Of a DNA stretch of 32,000 nucleotides, positions 1-8,004 are shown piece after piece. Numbering within the stretch: position 1 is the first letter of the stretch; each line of letters starts with the position of its first letter. The notes under the pieces are model-generated. The model was not told where the DNA came from and did no database searches. It saw nothing but the letters and a program-made list of their open reading frames with translations. The stretch comes from an uncultured Erysipelotrichaceae bacterium (lineage in GTDB: Bacteria > Bacillota_I > Bacilli_A > Erysipelotrichales > Erysipelotrichaceae). Location of the stretch: assembly GCA_942493105.1 (NCBI GenBank), contig OW818668.1:1-32000 (forward strand), given 5' to 3'. The translations under genes were made by a program, and so were the position numbers.

Positions 1-191
1 AATGTTAATGCCTGATCTGTTCGATCTAAAACAGCCATTTCATCCAATTGAACTAATGTTTCAATCAAAGATTGTTTTAATGCAAACGCAGTATTTAATC
101 TTAGTTGTTCATAACTGATGTAATACATCAATCCTAAACTAACACCCATGCTCATTATAAATAAACCAACCGCCATCATGATTCCTTTCAT
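1..191 (-). CDS. hypothetical small membrane protein, partial (runs off the left edge of the window)
   Basis: ATG at 191..189 with GAGG about 8 nt upstream. The frame stays open to position 1. It translates as MKGIMMAVGLFIMSMGVSLGLMYYISYEQLRLNTAFALKQ..., with a hydrophobic N-terminal helix. Absent from the ORF track because there is no stop in the window. Confidence 0.35.
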   Translation of the reverse strand, partial: MKGIMMAVGLFIMSMGVSLGLMYYISYEQLRLNTAFALKQSLIETLVQLDEMAVLDRTDQALT

Positions 192-235
192 GGTTTGACC
201 TCAAGTCCCCTTATGAATCAACCATGGTTCTTCCT

Positions 236-259
236 AAAAAAAAGAGCCGTTTGGCTCTT
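236..259 (-). terminator. rho-independent terminator ending the rnf operon
   Basis: Hairpin AAGAGCC-gttt-GGCTCTT (242..259). On the minus strand it is followed by a run of 8 T (plus-strand A-run 236..243), immediately after the rnfB stop. Confidence 0.6.
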
Positions 260-261
260 GA

Positions 262-570
262 TTATACGGTATGAGAATGTGCAGAAGCTAAAGGATCGAT
301 CCCTGTTTCCATAAAAGCATTGATTCGATCACGATGGGCAGCGGTTGAAGGCTTACAAAGTGTGACTGTTTTGGCTTCACCAGAAACCAAGGCATTGGCT
401 AAACCATTGCATCCTGGAAATCCACAGGCACCACAGTTAAGTCCTGGTAACATGGCAGTGATCTGTTCAACACGAGTATCTTCTTCAACTTTAAAGAATA
501 CGCCGGCGATCGCCAGTAACAAACCTAGTACAGCACCTAATACAATCATCATCAAAATAGCTGTCAACAT
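262..570 (-). CDS. rnfB: RnfB-like subunit, short form: N-terminal TM helix plus a single Cys4 Fe-S domain, with no ferredoxin-type 2x[4Fe-4S] domains
   Basis: 102 aa. Hydrophobic N-terminus MLTAILMMIVLGAVLGLLLAIAGVFF, then LNCGACGFPGCNG...LCKPS (CX2CX4CX17C), typical of the RnfB N-terminal Fe-S domain. Last gene of the rnfCDGEA cluster. SD AAGGAG lies 7 nt upstream. Confidence 0.75.
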   Translation of the reverse strand: MLTAILMMIVLGAVLGLLLAIAGVFFKVEEDTRVEQITAMLPGLNCGACGFPGCNGLANALVSGEAKTVTLCKPSTAAHRDRINAFMETGIDPLASAHSHTV

Positions 571-571
571 A

Positions 572-751
572 TTAGTTCTCCTTATTTAACTGGGCTGGAT
601 TATGGCCACAGATTCCGGTGGAACAAGTCGAACAAGCCACCAAGATGTCTTTACAATTGTCTGGAACAGGCGTCTTCTGATTCAATACATAAAACAAAGC
701 ATAGGCACCACCTAAGACGGCGATGTAGAGGGCTGCGATAAGATAGGGCAT
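572..751 (-). CDS. unlisted 59-aa Cys-rich membrane protein between rnfA and rnfB
   Basis: Hand translation: MPYLIAALYIAVLGGAYALFYVLNQKTPVPDNCKDILVACSTCSTGICGHNPAQLNKEN. One TM helix plus CX6CX2CX4CXH. It exactly fills the otherwise empty rnfA-rnfB gap, and its stop is 1 nt from the rnfB ATG. One residue under the ORF-track cutoff. The SD is weak (GGTG). Confidence 0.5.
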   Translation of the reverse strand: MPYLIAALYIAVLGGAYALFYVLNQKTPVPDNCKDILVACSTCSTGICGHNPAQLNKEN

Positions 752-755
752 CAGA

Positions 756-1331
756 TTACACCAAGCCTACAAAGCTTGTGAAGATGGCTGCCATCAAAGC
801 AGCAACGATCAACGCAATTGGATTGCCTTTGAAAGCAGCAGGAACAGTCGATTGATCCAAACGCTCACGGATGGTCGAGAAGATATACAGAACCAACATG
901 AAACCTGTAGGAACAGCGAATGAATACACCAACATCTCAACGAAATCATAACCTTGAATGATGTTGTCTAAAGTGACAAATAGGACGACACAGTTTGTGG
1001 TGATCAAAGGCAAATAAATACCCAATGCTTTATACAGACTTGGTGAATATTTCTTGAGGAACAATTCAACAAACTGAACGAAAGCAGCAATGACCAAAAT
1101 AAATGTGATCAAATCCATATACTGTAAACTAAGTGGAACCAAAACTGTATAGTATAAGGTCCAAGTGAAGATTGAAGACCCAACAATGACAAAGATGACG
1201 GCTAAGCCCATCCCAACGGCAGATGAACTCTTACGCGATACACCCAATAACGGACACATCCCTAAGAATTTGGTCAATACGACATTACTGATGACCACAT
1301 TTGAGATAAAGAGCGTGATAAGACCTGACAT
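756..1331 (-). CDS. rnfA: Rnf electron transport complex subunit A
   Basis: 191-aa polytopic membrane protein with the RnfA/NqrE-type sequence (FLGMCPLLGVS..., LPLITTNCVVL). Sits in the rnfCDGEAB gene order. SD AAGGGG. Confidence 0.9.
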   Translation of the reverse strand: MSGLITLFISNVVISNVVLTKFLGMCPLLGVSRKSSSAVGMGLAVIFVIVGSSIFTWTLYYTVLVPLSLQYMDLITFILVIAAFVQFVELFLKKYSPSLYKALGIYLPLITTNCVVLFVTLDNIIQGYDFVEMLVYSFAVPTGFMLVLYIFSTIRERLDQSTVPAAFKGNPIALIVAALMAAIFTSFVGLV

Positions 1332-1332
1332 A

Positions 1333-1974
1333 TTATTTTACCCCTTCTTTCTTGGCATGGGCATTTTGAATGGCCGCAACTCCAGCAGCTAAGAAAGCAA
1401 AGGTCAAGAAGGCTCCAATGGGTTCCTTAAAGATCGCGATGCGATACTCTGCTGGAATGATATTAAGTTTAAAAATAAGCGAGTTGGTAAATGGATTGCT
1501 TAAGCTGATGATACCATCGGCCAAGACTTGACGAATGACGCTCATCGCAGCCAAACTTAAGGTATAAGCAAGACCCATAGTCAATCCATCAAGCGTAGAT
1601 TTCCATACCGTATTCTTACTGGCAAACGCTTCGGCTCTACCCAAGATGATACAATTGACGACGATCAAAGGAATAAAGACACCTAGTGCCACATCAATGG
1701 CTGGAGCATAGGCTTTGATCAACAATTCAATCGTCTTGGTTAAAGTTGCAATGACGACGATATACACTGGTATACGGATCTCATTGGGCGTGATGTTACG
1801 AATCGATGAGATCATGATGTTGGAAATCGTTAGAATGACGATAACCGAAACACCCATCCCAATCGCATTGTCCAAACTGGTCGTAATGGCTAGTGTGGAA
1901 CAGATCCCTAGGTATAAACCAAAGACCGGATTATCTTTTAATAAACTAAGCAAGAAGTTACCAAAAGTTTTCAT
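1333..1974 (-). CDS. rnfE: Rnf electron transport complex subunit E
   Basis: 213-aa membrane protein with the RnfE/NqrD-type sequence (NPVFGLYLGICSTLA, IPLIVVNCIILGRAEAFA). SD AGGAGG. Confidence 0.9.
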   Translation of the reverse strand: MKTFGNFLLSLLKDNPVFGLYLGICSTLAITTSLDNAIGMGVSVIVILTISNIMISSIRNITPNEIRIPVYIVVIATLTKTIELLIKAYAPAIDVALGVFIPLIVVNCIILGRAEAFASKNTVWKSTLDGLTMGLAYTLSLAAMSVIRQVLADGIISLSNPFTNSLIFKLNIIPAEYRIAIFKEPIGAFLTFAFLAAGVAAIQNAHAKKEGVK

Positions 1975-1982
1975 GGGGCCTC

Positions 1983-2486
1983 CTAGTTCAAGGATTGATA
2001 CACGGCGATGGCCGCATCAATCCCACGTATTGCTGCTGATGATGAAATGGTTGCTCCAGATATGGTATCGATTTTGGTTGAAATCGTTTTTCCGATGATG
2101 GACTCCGCAAAAGCAGGATCTCCAACTTTTGAACCAAGACCTGGGGTATCATTAATTGAAGTGACTTCAAACCCAACGATCTTGTCATTGAGGTCAAAGC
2201 CAACTAAGAATGTGATGAGATCTTTATAGCCTTGGATTGAAACTTTGATCGCATATCCTTCACCAGTTGCTTCATAAACATTCTTTACGAAACCAGAAGC
2301 ATCATCAAAGTCGATTTCTTTAAATTCATCCGCGGCTGGAAATATTTTCTGTAGACTTGCTTTAACGGCAGCAATCTTTTGTTCTTCAATGATTGGAGCT
2401 GTGATGCTGTTGACTCCCGCCAATACTGCACCAGCCAAAGCTGAACACAAGGCTAAAAATAAGGTTAATGAAATGATTTTTTTCAT
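1983..2486 (-). CDS. rnfG: Rnf complex subunit G (FMN-binding)
   Basis: Start moved to MKKIISL (ATG at 2486, SD AAGGAGG) from the longer track ORF. N-terminal anchor, FMN-binding domain, flavinylation-type motif DTISGAT (T146, codon 2049..2051). Confidence 0.85.
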   Translation of the reverse strand: MKKIISLTLFLALCSALAGAVLAGVNSITAPIIEEQKIAAVKASLQKIFPAADEFKEIDFDDASGFVKNVYEATGEGYAIKVSIQGYKDLITFLVGFDLNDKIVGFEVTSINDTPGLGSKVGDPAFAESIIGKTISTKIDTISGATISSSAAIRGIDAAIAVYQSLN

Positions 2487-2496
2487 GTGGTCCTCC

Positions 2497-4002
2497 TTAT
2501 TGCGGGGCCAATACAGCACTTATGGCTGCATTGACTGCGCGAATGACCGAATCTGTCGTAAAGGTTGCTCCAACAGAGACATCGACACTATTGTCGACGA
2601 CAATGGATAAACCTTCAAATTGTTTTAAGAAATCTGGATGATTGGTCGCATATTCTAAGCTGGATGTATCGCGGTAAGTCACATAGGCAACAGAGACGAT
2701 CGTCTTGGTCACGGTATTGATCTTGACTTCGACAACATTTGGTTTTGGATCAGTTTCCCATTCAGCTTCATACGCATGGCCTTTGGTTTCAATCACAAAG
2801 GTTGTGACATCTCCCGCAACACTCGTACTGACGATGTTGGTATTGCCCGCTATAGGTAAAGTACTAAATAATATAGGATCGCCTAAGTTTGGTTTAGGAT
2901 CTTCAGGCACATATGGTTCCTTATAAGAAATAGTCGTTGCGGTAAAGGATACGGTTAATAATGCAACTGCAAATACTGTTCCAATCGTAACTGCGTATTT
3001 CTTCATGGCTTTTAATGGCCAACCATCTAGTCCACGGTCGATCAATGGGGTGACCATATTCATAAACAAGATAGAACGGATAACACCTTCAGGCAAACTT
3101 CCTTTTACACGAATCAAAGTCGCTAAGAAAGCAACCCCGATCGCAAAGATGATGCGTCCCGGAATCGAAGTCGGAGAAGTCACAGGGTCAGTCAACATAA
3201 AGACAGCCCCAAACATCGCTCCACCTGTTGAGATTGAGAATATCGGATACCACCAACCCATACCTTTAAAGTACATAATGATGGTTGCGAATGTAAAGAG
3301 TGAACCAATAAAGACGACCGGAACTCTCCAGTCAATGATTTTGCGGACAGATAAGTAAAGTCCAACCAACATGATCAACAGAGTATTGGTTTCCCCAATG
3401 GCCCCGACATATTGACCACTAAATAGGCCCCATAATCCATTGAATTGATTTAAGTAAGCCGTTACTGCTTCAGGCTTGGTAATGACCCAGCCTAAGCTTT
3501 CCATGACTTGATTTGGGGTTGCCCCTGTGATGACATCTGGAAACTGGGAAGCAATGAAACCACCAAATGCCAAAACTGAGAAGGCACGTCCAACACCCGC
3601 TGGATTAAAGATATTTTGGCCAAATCCACCAAAGATCAGTTTACCGACCACGATGGCTACCAAAGTACCAACGATGATGACATATAAAGGTTTGTTGACC
3701 CCCATCATACCGACAAACAAAAGTGCAGTAACCCAAGGGAAAGATTGAGTCAAATACTTAATGACGGGTTTCTTAGCATAGAACTTAGCCCATAAAGCTT
3801 CAGTACCAATCGCAACAAATAAAGCTGTCGCAATCATCGATAAAGCATGAATGGCATATTCTGGACCAAGATTCGGATTTAAATAATAATAGACGACATT
3901 ATAACCTAAGACCAACGCAATACACAGGGTCAATTCGGTCATGATCCGCTGAGTCGATAAAGGCTGACGATAGTTTGGAGAAACTCTAAATGTAAATTTC
4001 AT
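2497..4002 (-). CDS. rnfD: Rnf complex subunit D fused to an extra C-terminal TM helix and FMN-binding domain
   Basis: 501 aa. Residues 1-330 are RnfD/NqrB-like (FNPAGVGRAF, DVITGAT, MLTDPVTSP). Residues about 331-501 add a TM segment (YAVTIGTVFAVALLTVSF) and an RnfG-like domain ending in VDVSVGATFTTDSVIRAVNAAI. SD AGGAGG. Confidence 0.9.
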   Translation of the reverse strand: MKFTFRVSPNYRQPLSTQRIMTELTLCIALVLGYNVVYYYLNPNLGPEYAIHALSMIATALFVAIGTEALWAKFYAKKPVIKYLTQSFPWVTALLFVGMMGVNKPLYVIIVGTLVAIVVGKLIFGGFGQNIFNPAGVGRAFSVLAFGGFIASQFPDVITGATPNQVMESLGWVITKPEAVTAYLNQFNGLWGLFSGQYVGAIGETNTLLIMLVGLYLSVRKIIDWRVPVVFIGSLFTFATIIMYFKGMGWWYPIFSISTGGAMFGAVFMLTDPVTSPTSIPGRIIFAIGVAFLATLIRVKGSLPEGVIRSILFMNMVTPLIDRGLDGWPLKAMKKYAVTIGTVFAVALLTVSFTATTISYKEPYVPEDPKPNLGDPILFSTLPIAGNTNIVSTSVAGDVTTFVIETKGHAYEAEWETDPKPNVVEVKINTVTKTIVSVAYVTYRDTSSLEYATNHPDFLKQFEGLSIVVDNSVDVSVGATFTTDSVIRAVNAAISAVLAPQ

Positions 4003-4014
4003 GGGTCGATCCTC

Positions 4015-5307
4015 CTATTTCTTTCTCAGCTGTAGGGCACGTTTAGCACGTCTTACCCCTTCAGTCACATCAATACGAGACGGACAGATATAACTGCACA
4101 TCCCACATTCAATACATTGATCCGCAGCCAACTTAACGATCAGATCTAAATCCGCAGCTGCTTCAGCATTATTGATACGAACTGGCAATAAACCAGCTGG
4201 GCAAGTATCATTACATCTTCCGCAACGCATACAAGGTATTGCTTCTTGCGGGGTAGTTTTAAGAACTGTAATGGCATTGGAATAAGAGGTAATGACAAAA
4301 TTGTCTGTCGGGATGGTTTTACCCATCATTGGACCACCTGCGATGACCAAGACATCTTCAGCACTATAGCCTCCAATGGCTTCAACGATTTCTTTAACTG
4401 TGGTACCATAAGGAACTCTGACATTGACAGGATGTTTTAGTCCATCGCCTGAGAAGGTAATGATTTTTTCATCAATGGCATTGCCATATTTAAGCGATTG
4501 AGCCAATGAAATAGCTGTGGTCGCATTGTTGACGATTACACCAATTTCTGAAGGCAACTTATCATAACGTTTATGGGTAAATTCATAGACCAATGTTCTT
4601 TCCCATCCCATTGGGTATTTATCTGGGGTCATGAACAATTTAATCTGGGGTTCATTGACCAACAAGGCCTGAATCTTCGTACAGACTTCAACTTTATTTT
4701 TCTTGATGGCGATGATGGCTTCTTTGGCTGTTGAGGCTTTCAATAAAGCTTTTGTACCAAAGATCAAATCATCCAGAAATTCTTTCATCGTGCGATAATC
4801 GGCAGTAATATACGGTTCACATTCGACCGCATTTATAATGAGTGTATGAATACCAACTGGATTCTTATATTTCACATAAGTTGGGAAACCTGCTCCACCA
4901 CAACCCATTAAACCGGAATTCATGATGAAATCAACGAGCTCTTCACGGCTTGAACTGGTATAGTCGATCGGTGTAAAGGCCTGAACCTTTTCAAACTTCC
5001 CATCACTGACGATGACCAAATGATCACACGGACGCATAATAGAATGCATCATCGATTTGACGGCTCCTACTGTTCCCGATACTGATGAATAAATAGGCAC
5101 AACAAACGGAACACTGCGTTTAGCCAGCAAGGTTCCTACTTTAACTTTATCCCCTTCTTTAACTAAAACTTCCACAGCGGCGTTATTTCCGTTGCTTAAC
5201 GGGATATATACTTCGCCTTTAGGTTTGACGGTCACGATTTCATTATGCGATGTCAACTCTTTATGACCGTTGAGATGTGCATTCATCGGTCCTATCCATA
5301 GTGGCAT
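4015..5307 (-). CDS. rnfC: Rnf complex subunit C (NADH-binding, 2x[4Fe-4S])
   Basis: 430 aa. Contains GLMGCGGAGFPT and the NAVECEPYITAD motif, plus two C-terminal CxxCxxCxxxCP ferredoxin motifs (CMRCGRCNDTCP, CIECGMCSYICP). SD AAGGTG. Confidence 0.9.
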   Translation of the reverse strand: MPLWIGPMNAHLNGHKELTSHNEIVTVKPKGEVYIPLSNGNNAAVEVLVKEGDKVKVGTLLAKRSVPFVVPIYSSVSGTVGAVKSMMHSIMRPCDHLVIVSDGKFEKVQAFTPIDYTSSSREELVDFIMNSGLMGCGGAGFPTYVKYKNPVGIHTLIINAVECEPYITADYRTMKEFLDDLIFGTKALLKASTAKEAIIAIKKNKVEVCTKIQALLVNEPQIKLFMTPDKYPMGWERTLVYEFTHKRYDKLPSEIGVIVNNATTAISLAQSLKYGNAIDEKIITFSGDGLKHPVNVRVPYGTTVKEIVEAIGGYSAEDVLVIAGGPMMGKTIPTDNFVITSYSNAITVLKTTPQEAIPCMRCGRCNDTCPAGLLPVRINNAEAAADLDLIVKLAADQCIECGMCSYICPSRIDVTEGVRRAKRALQLRKK

Positions 5308-5362
5308 ATAATCACCTTCCCTTTCTTATGCGAAAAGTTTCACTTTTCAAATTACCTTGTTT

Positions 5363-5390
5363 ATTATAACATAATTTAGACAAGTGAAAA
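5363..5390 (-). promoter_or_regulatory. candidate sigma-A promoter of the rnf operon
   Basis: Minus strand TTTTCA-16 nt-TGtTATAAT: -35 at 5390..5385, -10 at 5368..5363. Lies about 55 nt upstream of the rnfC ATG. Confidence 0.35.
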
Positions 5391-5453
5391 GACACACATG
5401 ATAAAAAACCGAGGTCAATTGACTTGTGGTAAAATGTCAACAAGGAGATTATT

Positions 5454-6674
5454 ATGAAGAAAATGATCGTACTCTTAATAGGTCTTGGATTGGCATTATC
5501 TGCCTGTACAAGCCCCGATAAGTCCAAATACAGCTGTGCAGCTGTCGAAAAGACGAAATTCTACCGTTGTGTCGTTGTTTTAACTGAAATTGGAGCCAGC
5601 ATGAATGGCAGTGATATCTCAGTAAGTTTTACAGCTTATGTACCAAAGAAGAGCCAATTTGATGGTTATGTCGATATTGTCAGAACTGAGTATTTGCGAT
5701 TAAATCACATATTTGACAAGTACAATGATGTCCAAGGTGTCAACAATGTCAAGATGGTTAACGATAAAGCTGGTATCTCACCCGTGGTCGTTGATCAAGC
5801 GCTCATTGATCTATTGTTGTTGTCAAAAGAATGGACCACCATATCAAATGGGACCTTTGATGTCACTTTAGGGGCAGTCTTAAAAATATGGCACACAGCA
5901 CGCGAAGCGGGCCAAATCCTCAACGAAGATTACATCGGAGGTGAAATTCCAAAACTAGCCGATCTGCAAGCAGCTGCTCAATATGTCGGTTGGGACTTTG
6001 TTCAAATTGATGATACTGCGAATACAGTCTATTTGACCCATCCAAAAGCCTCTTTGGATCTTGGGGGCATATCAAAAGGATATACAACGGATTTGGTTGC
6101 CGAAAAACTAAAAGCTGCTGGATTGTCCAGTGGATTACTTTCCTTTGGTGGAAGCAGTTCTGTCATCATTGGAAGCAAACCCAATAAGACTAATTGGAAT
6201 GTTGGGATCAGAGCTCCCATTAGAGGTAATCCCTACATTGAATTGGACTACGTTTACTTCAAAGATGCGTTTGCCTTATCAAGTTCTGGAGATGATCAGA
6301 ATTACTACCAAGGCGTTGATTTTAAGTATTATCATCACTTGATCGATCCTTCAACACTGTTTCCGGTCGACAATGGATGTCATTCCGTAACCGTATTTAG
6401 TACAGAAAGTGCAGCCATCGCTGAAGCACTATCTAAAACTCTTTATATCCTACCTTTTGAAGAAGCTTATGCTTACCTTACTCAATACAATATTGAACAT
6501 CCCAATCAAAAGCTATATGCGATTTGGATCTTTGATTATCAGCAAGCTCCTTCAGGCTATGATAAAGTTGATTTTGCTCAAGGTACAGTCAGCGGTTCAA
6601 CCACCAAGAAAGATGCTCCTTATACCTTGGTATATAGTTCAAACTTAAAAGGAATGACACTTAGTTTCGAGTAA
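5454..6674 (+). CDS. apbE: FAD:protein FMN transferase (ApbE family), lipoprotein
   Basis: 406 aa. Signal peptide plus lipobox MKKMIVLLIGLGLALSAC. ApbE-type core (FDVTLGAVLKIW, DLGGISKGYTTD, SSSGDDQNY). SD AAGGAG. Divergent from rnfC. Confidence 0.9.
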   Translation: MKKMIVLLIGLGLALSACTSPDKSKYSCAAVEKTKFYRCVVVLTEIGASMNGSDISVSFTAYVPKKSQFDGYVDIVRTEYLRLNHIFDKYNDVQGVNNVKMVNDKAGISPVVVDQALIDLLLLSKEWTTISNGTFDVTLGAVLKIWHTAREAGQILNEDYIGGEIPKLADLQAAAQYVGWDFVQIDDTANTVYLTHPKASLDLGGISKGYTTDLVAEKLKAAGLSSGLLSFGGSSSVIIGSKPNKTNWNVGIRAPIRGNPYIELDYVYFKDAFALSSSGDDQNYYQGVDFKYYHHLIDPSTLFPVDNGCHSVTVFSTESAAIAEALSKTLYILPFEEAYAYLTQYNIEHPNQKLYAIWIFDYQQAPSGYDKVDFAQGTVSGSTTKKDAPYTLVYSSNLKGMTLSFE

Positions 6675-6702
6675 ACTTTCTTGTAAAATTCATGTATCAC
6701 AC

Positions 6703-6724
6703 AAAAGGACCTCACGGTCCTTTT
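6703..6724. terminator. bidirectional rho-independent terminator between convergent apbE and pgi
   Basis: AAAAGGACC-tcac-GGTCCTTTT, flanked by A/T runs on both sides. Confidence 0.6.
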
Positions 6725-6728
6725 AAAT

Positions 6729-8004
6729 TCATTGTTTGCCTAGCAACTTAAACATATTCTTCTTATAAACTTCAACCCCTGGTTGATTAAACGGATTGAC
6801 ATTAAGCAGATATACGCTCATTCCACAGGCAATAAAGAACCATTGAGCCATATATCCAAAGGATCTGGCTGAGAAATCTTCGACAGTAAGGATCATATTA
6901 GGAATCCCTGCTTCATCGTGATGGGCGATCAGTGTCCCTTTCATGGCTGCATTATTGACATCGCTTAATTTCTTGCCGGATAAATAATTCATCCCATCAA
7001 GGTTGTCTTTATCTTCTGGGAAAGTCAGGTCTAAATTAGGTTTCTTAATCGTCAACAAGGTTTCAAACAAAACTTTCTTGCCTTCTTGGACAAACTGACC
7101 CATGGAGTGTAAATCCGTTGAGAAATTGACAGATGCAGGGAATAGACCTTTATCTTCTTTGCCTTCAGATTCCCCAAAGAGTTGTTTCCACCATTCTGCA
7201 AGCATTGTCAATTGACTTTCATAAGTGACCAAGAGTTCAACGTTTTTGCCTTCTTTTTCAAGCAAACGTCTCATGACTGCATATTGATAGGCTGTGTTGA
7301 CTTCCAGATCATCATCGGCACAATCTGTGGCAGCTTTTTTAGCCCCTTCCATCATTTCATCGATATCGATTCCAGCAGCAGCAATCGGCAACAATCCAAC
7401 TGAAGTTAGTACTGAATAACGGCCTCCGATATCATCAGGAATGATCAAGGTCGTATACCCTTCTTTATCCGCAAAGGACTTTAGTGTCCCCTTTTTGTTT
7501 ATCGGTCGTGGCGATGATACGTTTCTTTGCTTCATCTTTTCCATATTTTTGTTCAAGGAATTGCTTTAATAAACGAAAAGCCATGGCTGTTTCTGTAGTC
7601 GTTCCGCTTTTTGAGATGACATTGACATATACACTCTTATCTTTGATGTGATCTAATGCTTGTACGATATAAGAAGATGACAATGTATTTCCCAAATACA
7701 CAAGTTCAAGATCTCTTTTTGGATAAAGTCCTTGAATCATTTCTATTGCAGCGCGAGATCCTAAATAGGATCCTCCAATACCACAAACCACTAAAACTTC
7801 TGCATTTTCTCGGATGGTTTTAGCCAACGACTTCACTTTTTCAAATTCATTTTTGTCATAATCAAATGGCCAAGTACTCCAACCCAAAAAGTCAGATCCT
7901 ATGCCTGTTTTAGATTGAATTTTTTGGTGGATCTGTGTGACTAAAGCTTGGTAGCCGCTTAGATCGGGGTGGCCTGCTGGGGTTAAATCGAGTTTAATGC
8001 TCAT
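6729..8004 (-). pseudogene. pgi: glucose-6-phosphate isomerase, interrupted by a +1 frameshift (or an assembly indel)
   Basis: Two overlapping track ORFs (7465..8034 and 6729..7556) carry the N- and C-terminal halves of a Firmicute-type Pgi. They join as ...[37 protein letters not shown]. The frames switch inside the coding-strand A5G4 tract (plus 7488..7496). The likely true start is MSIKLD at 8004 (SD AAAGGAG), overlapping the S1-gene stop as ATGA. Confidence 0.85.

Noticed and set aside
320-589. 89-aa plus-strand ORF antisense to rnfB and the small Cys-rich ORF
   Set aside because: Entirely antisense to a recognisable RnfB domain. Low-complexity Ser/Pro/Ala translation, no SD. A typical shadow ORF.
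1715-3748. Several 70-127-aa plus-strand ORFs (1715..2098, 2008..2229, 2389..2610, 2705..2926, 3005..3358, 3527..3748)
   Set aside because: All lie antisense inside well-supported rnfE, rnfG and rnfD genes and show no recognisable motifs.
5332-5348. Possible Rex (redox repressor) operator upstream of rnf
   Set aside because: The palindrome GAAAAGTTTCACTTTTC does not fit the TTGTGAA-N4-TTCACAA type Rex consensus beyond a GTGAA/TTCAC-like core. It is kept only as a generic palindrome finding.
5312-5527. 71-aa minus-strand ORF spanning the rnfC-apbE intergenic region and the apbE 5' end
   Set aside because: Overlaps the apbE signal-peptide region antisense and covers the promoter DNA. No SD and no motif.
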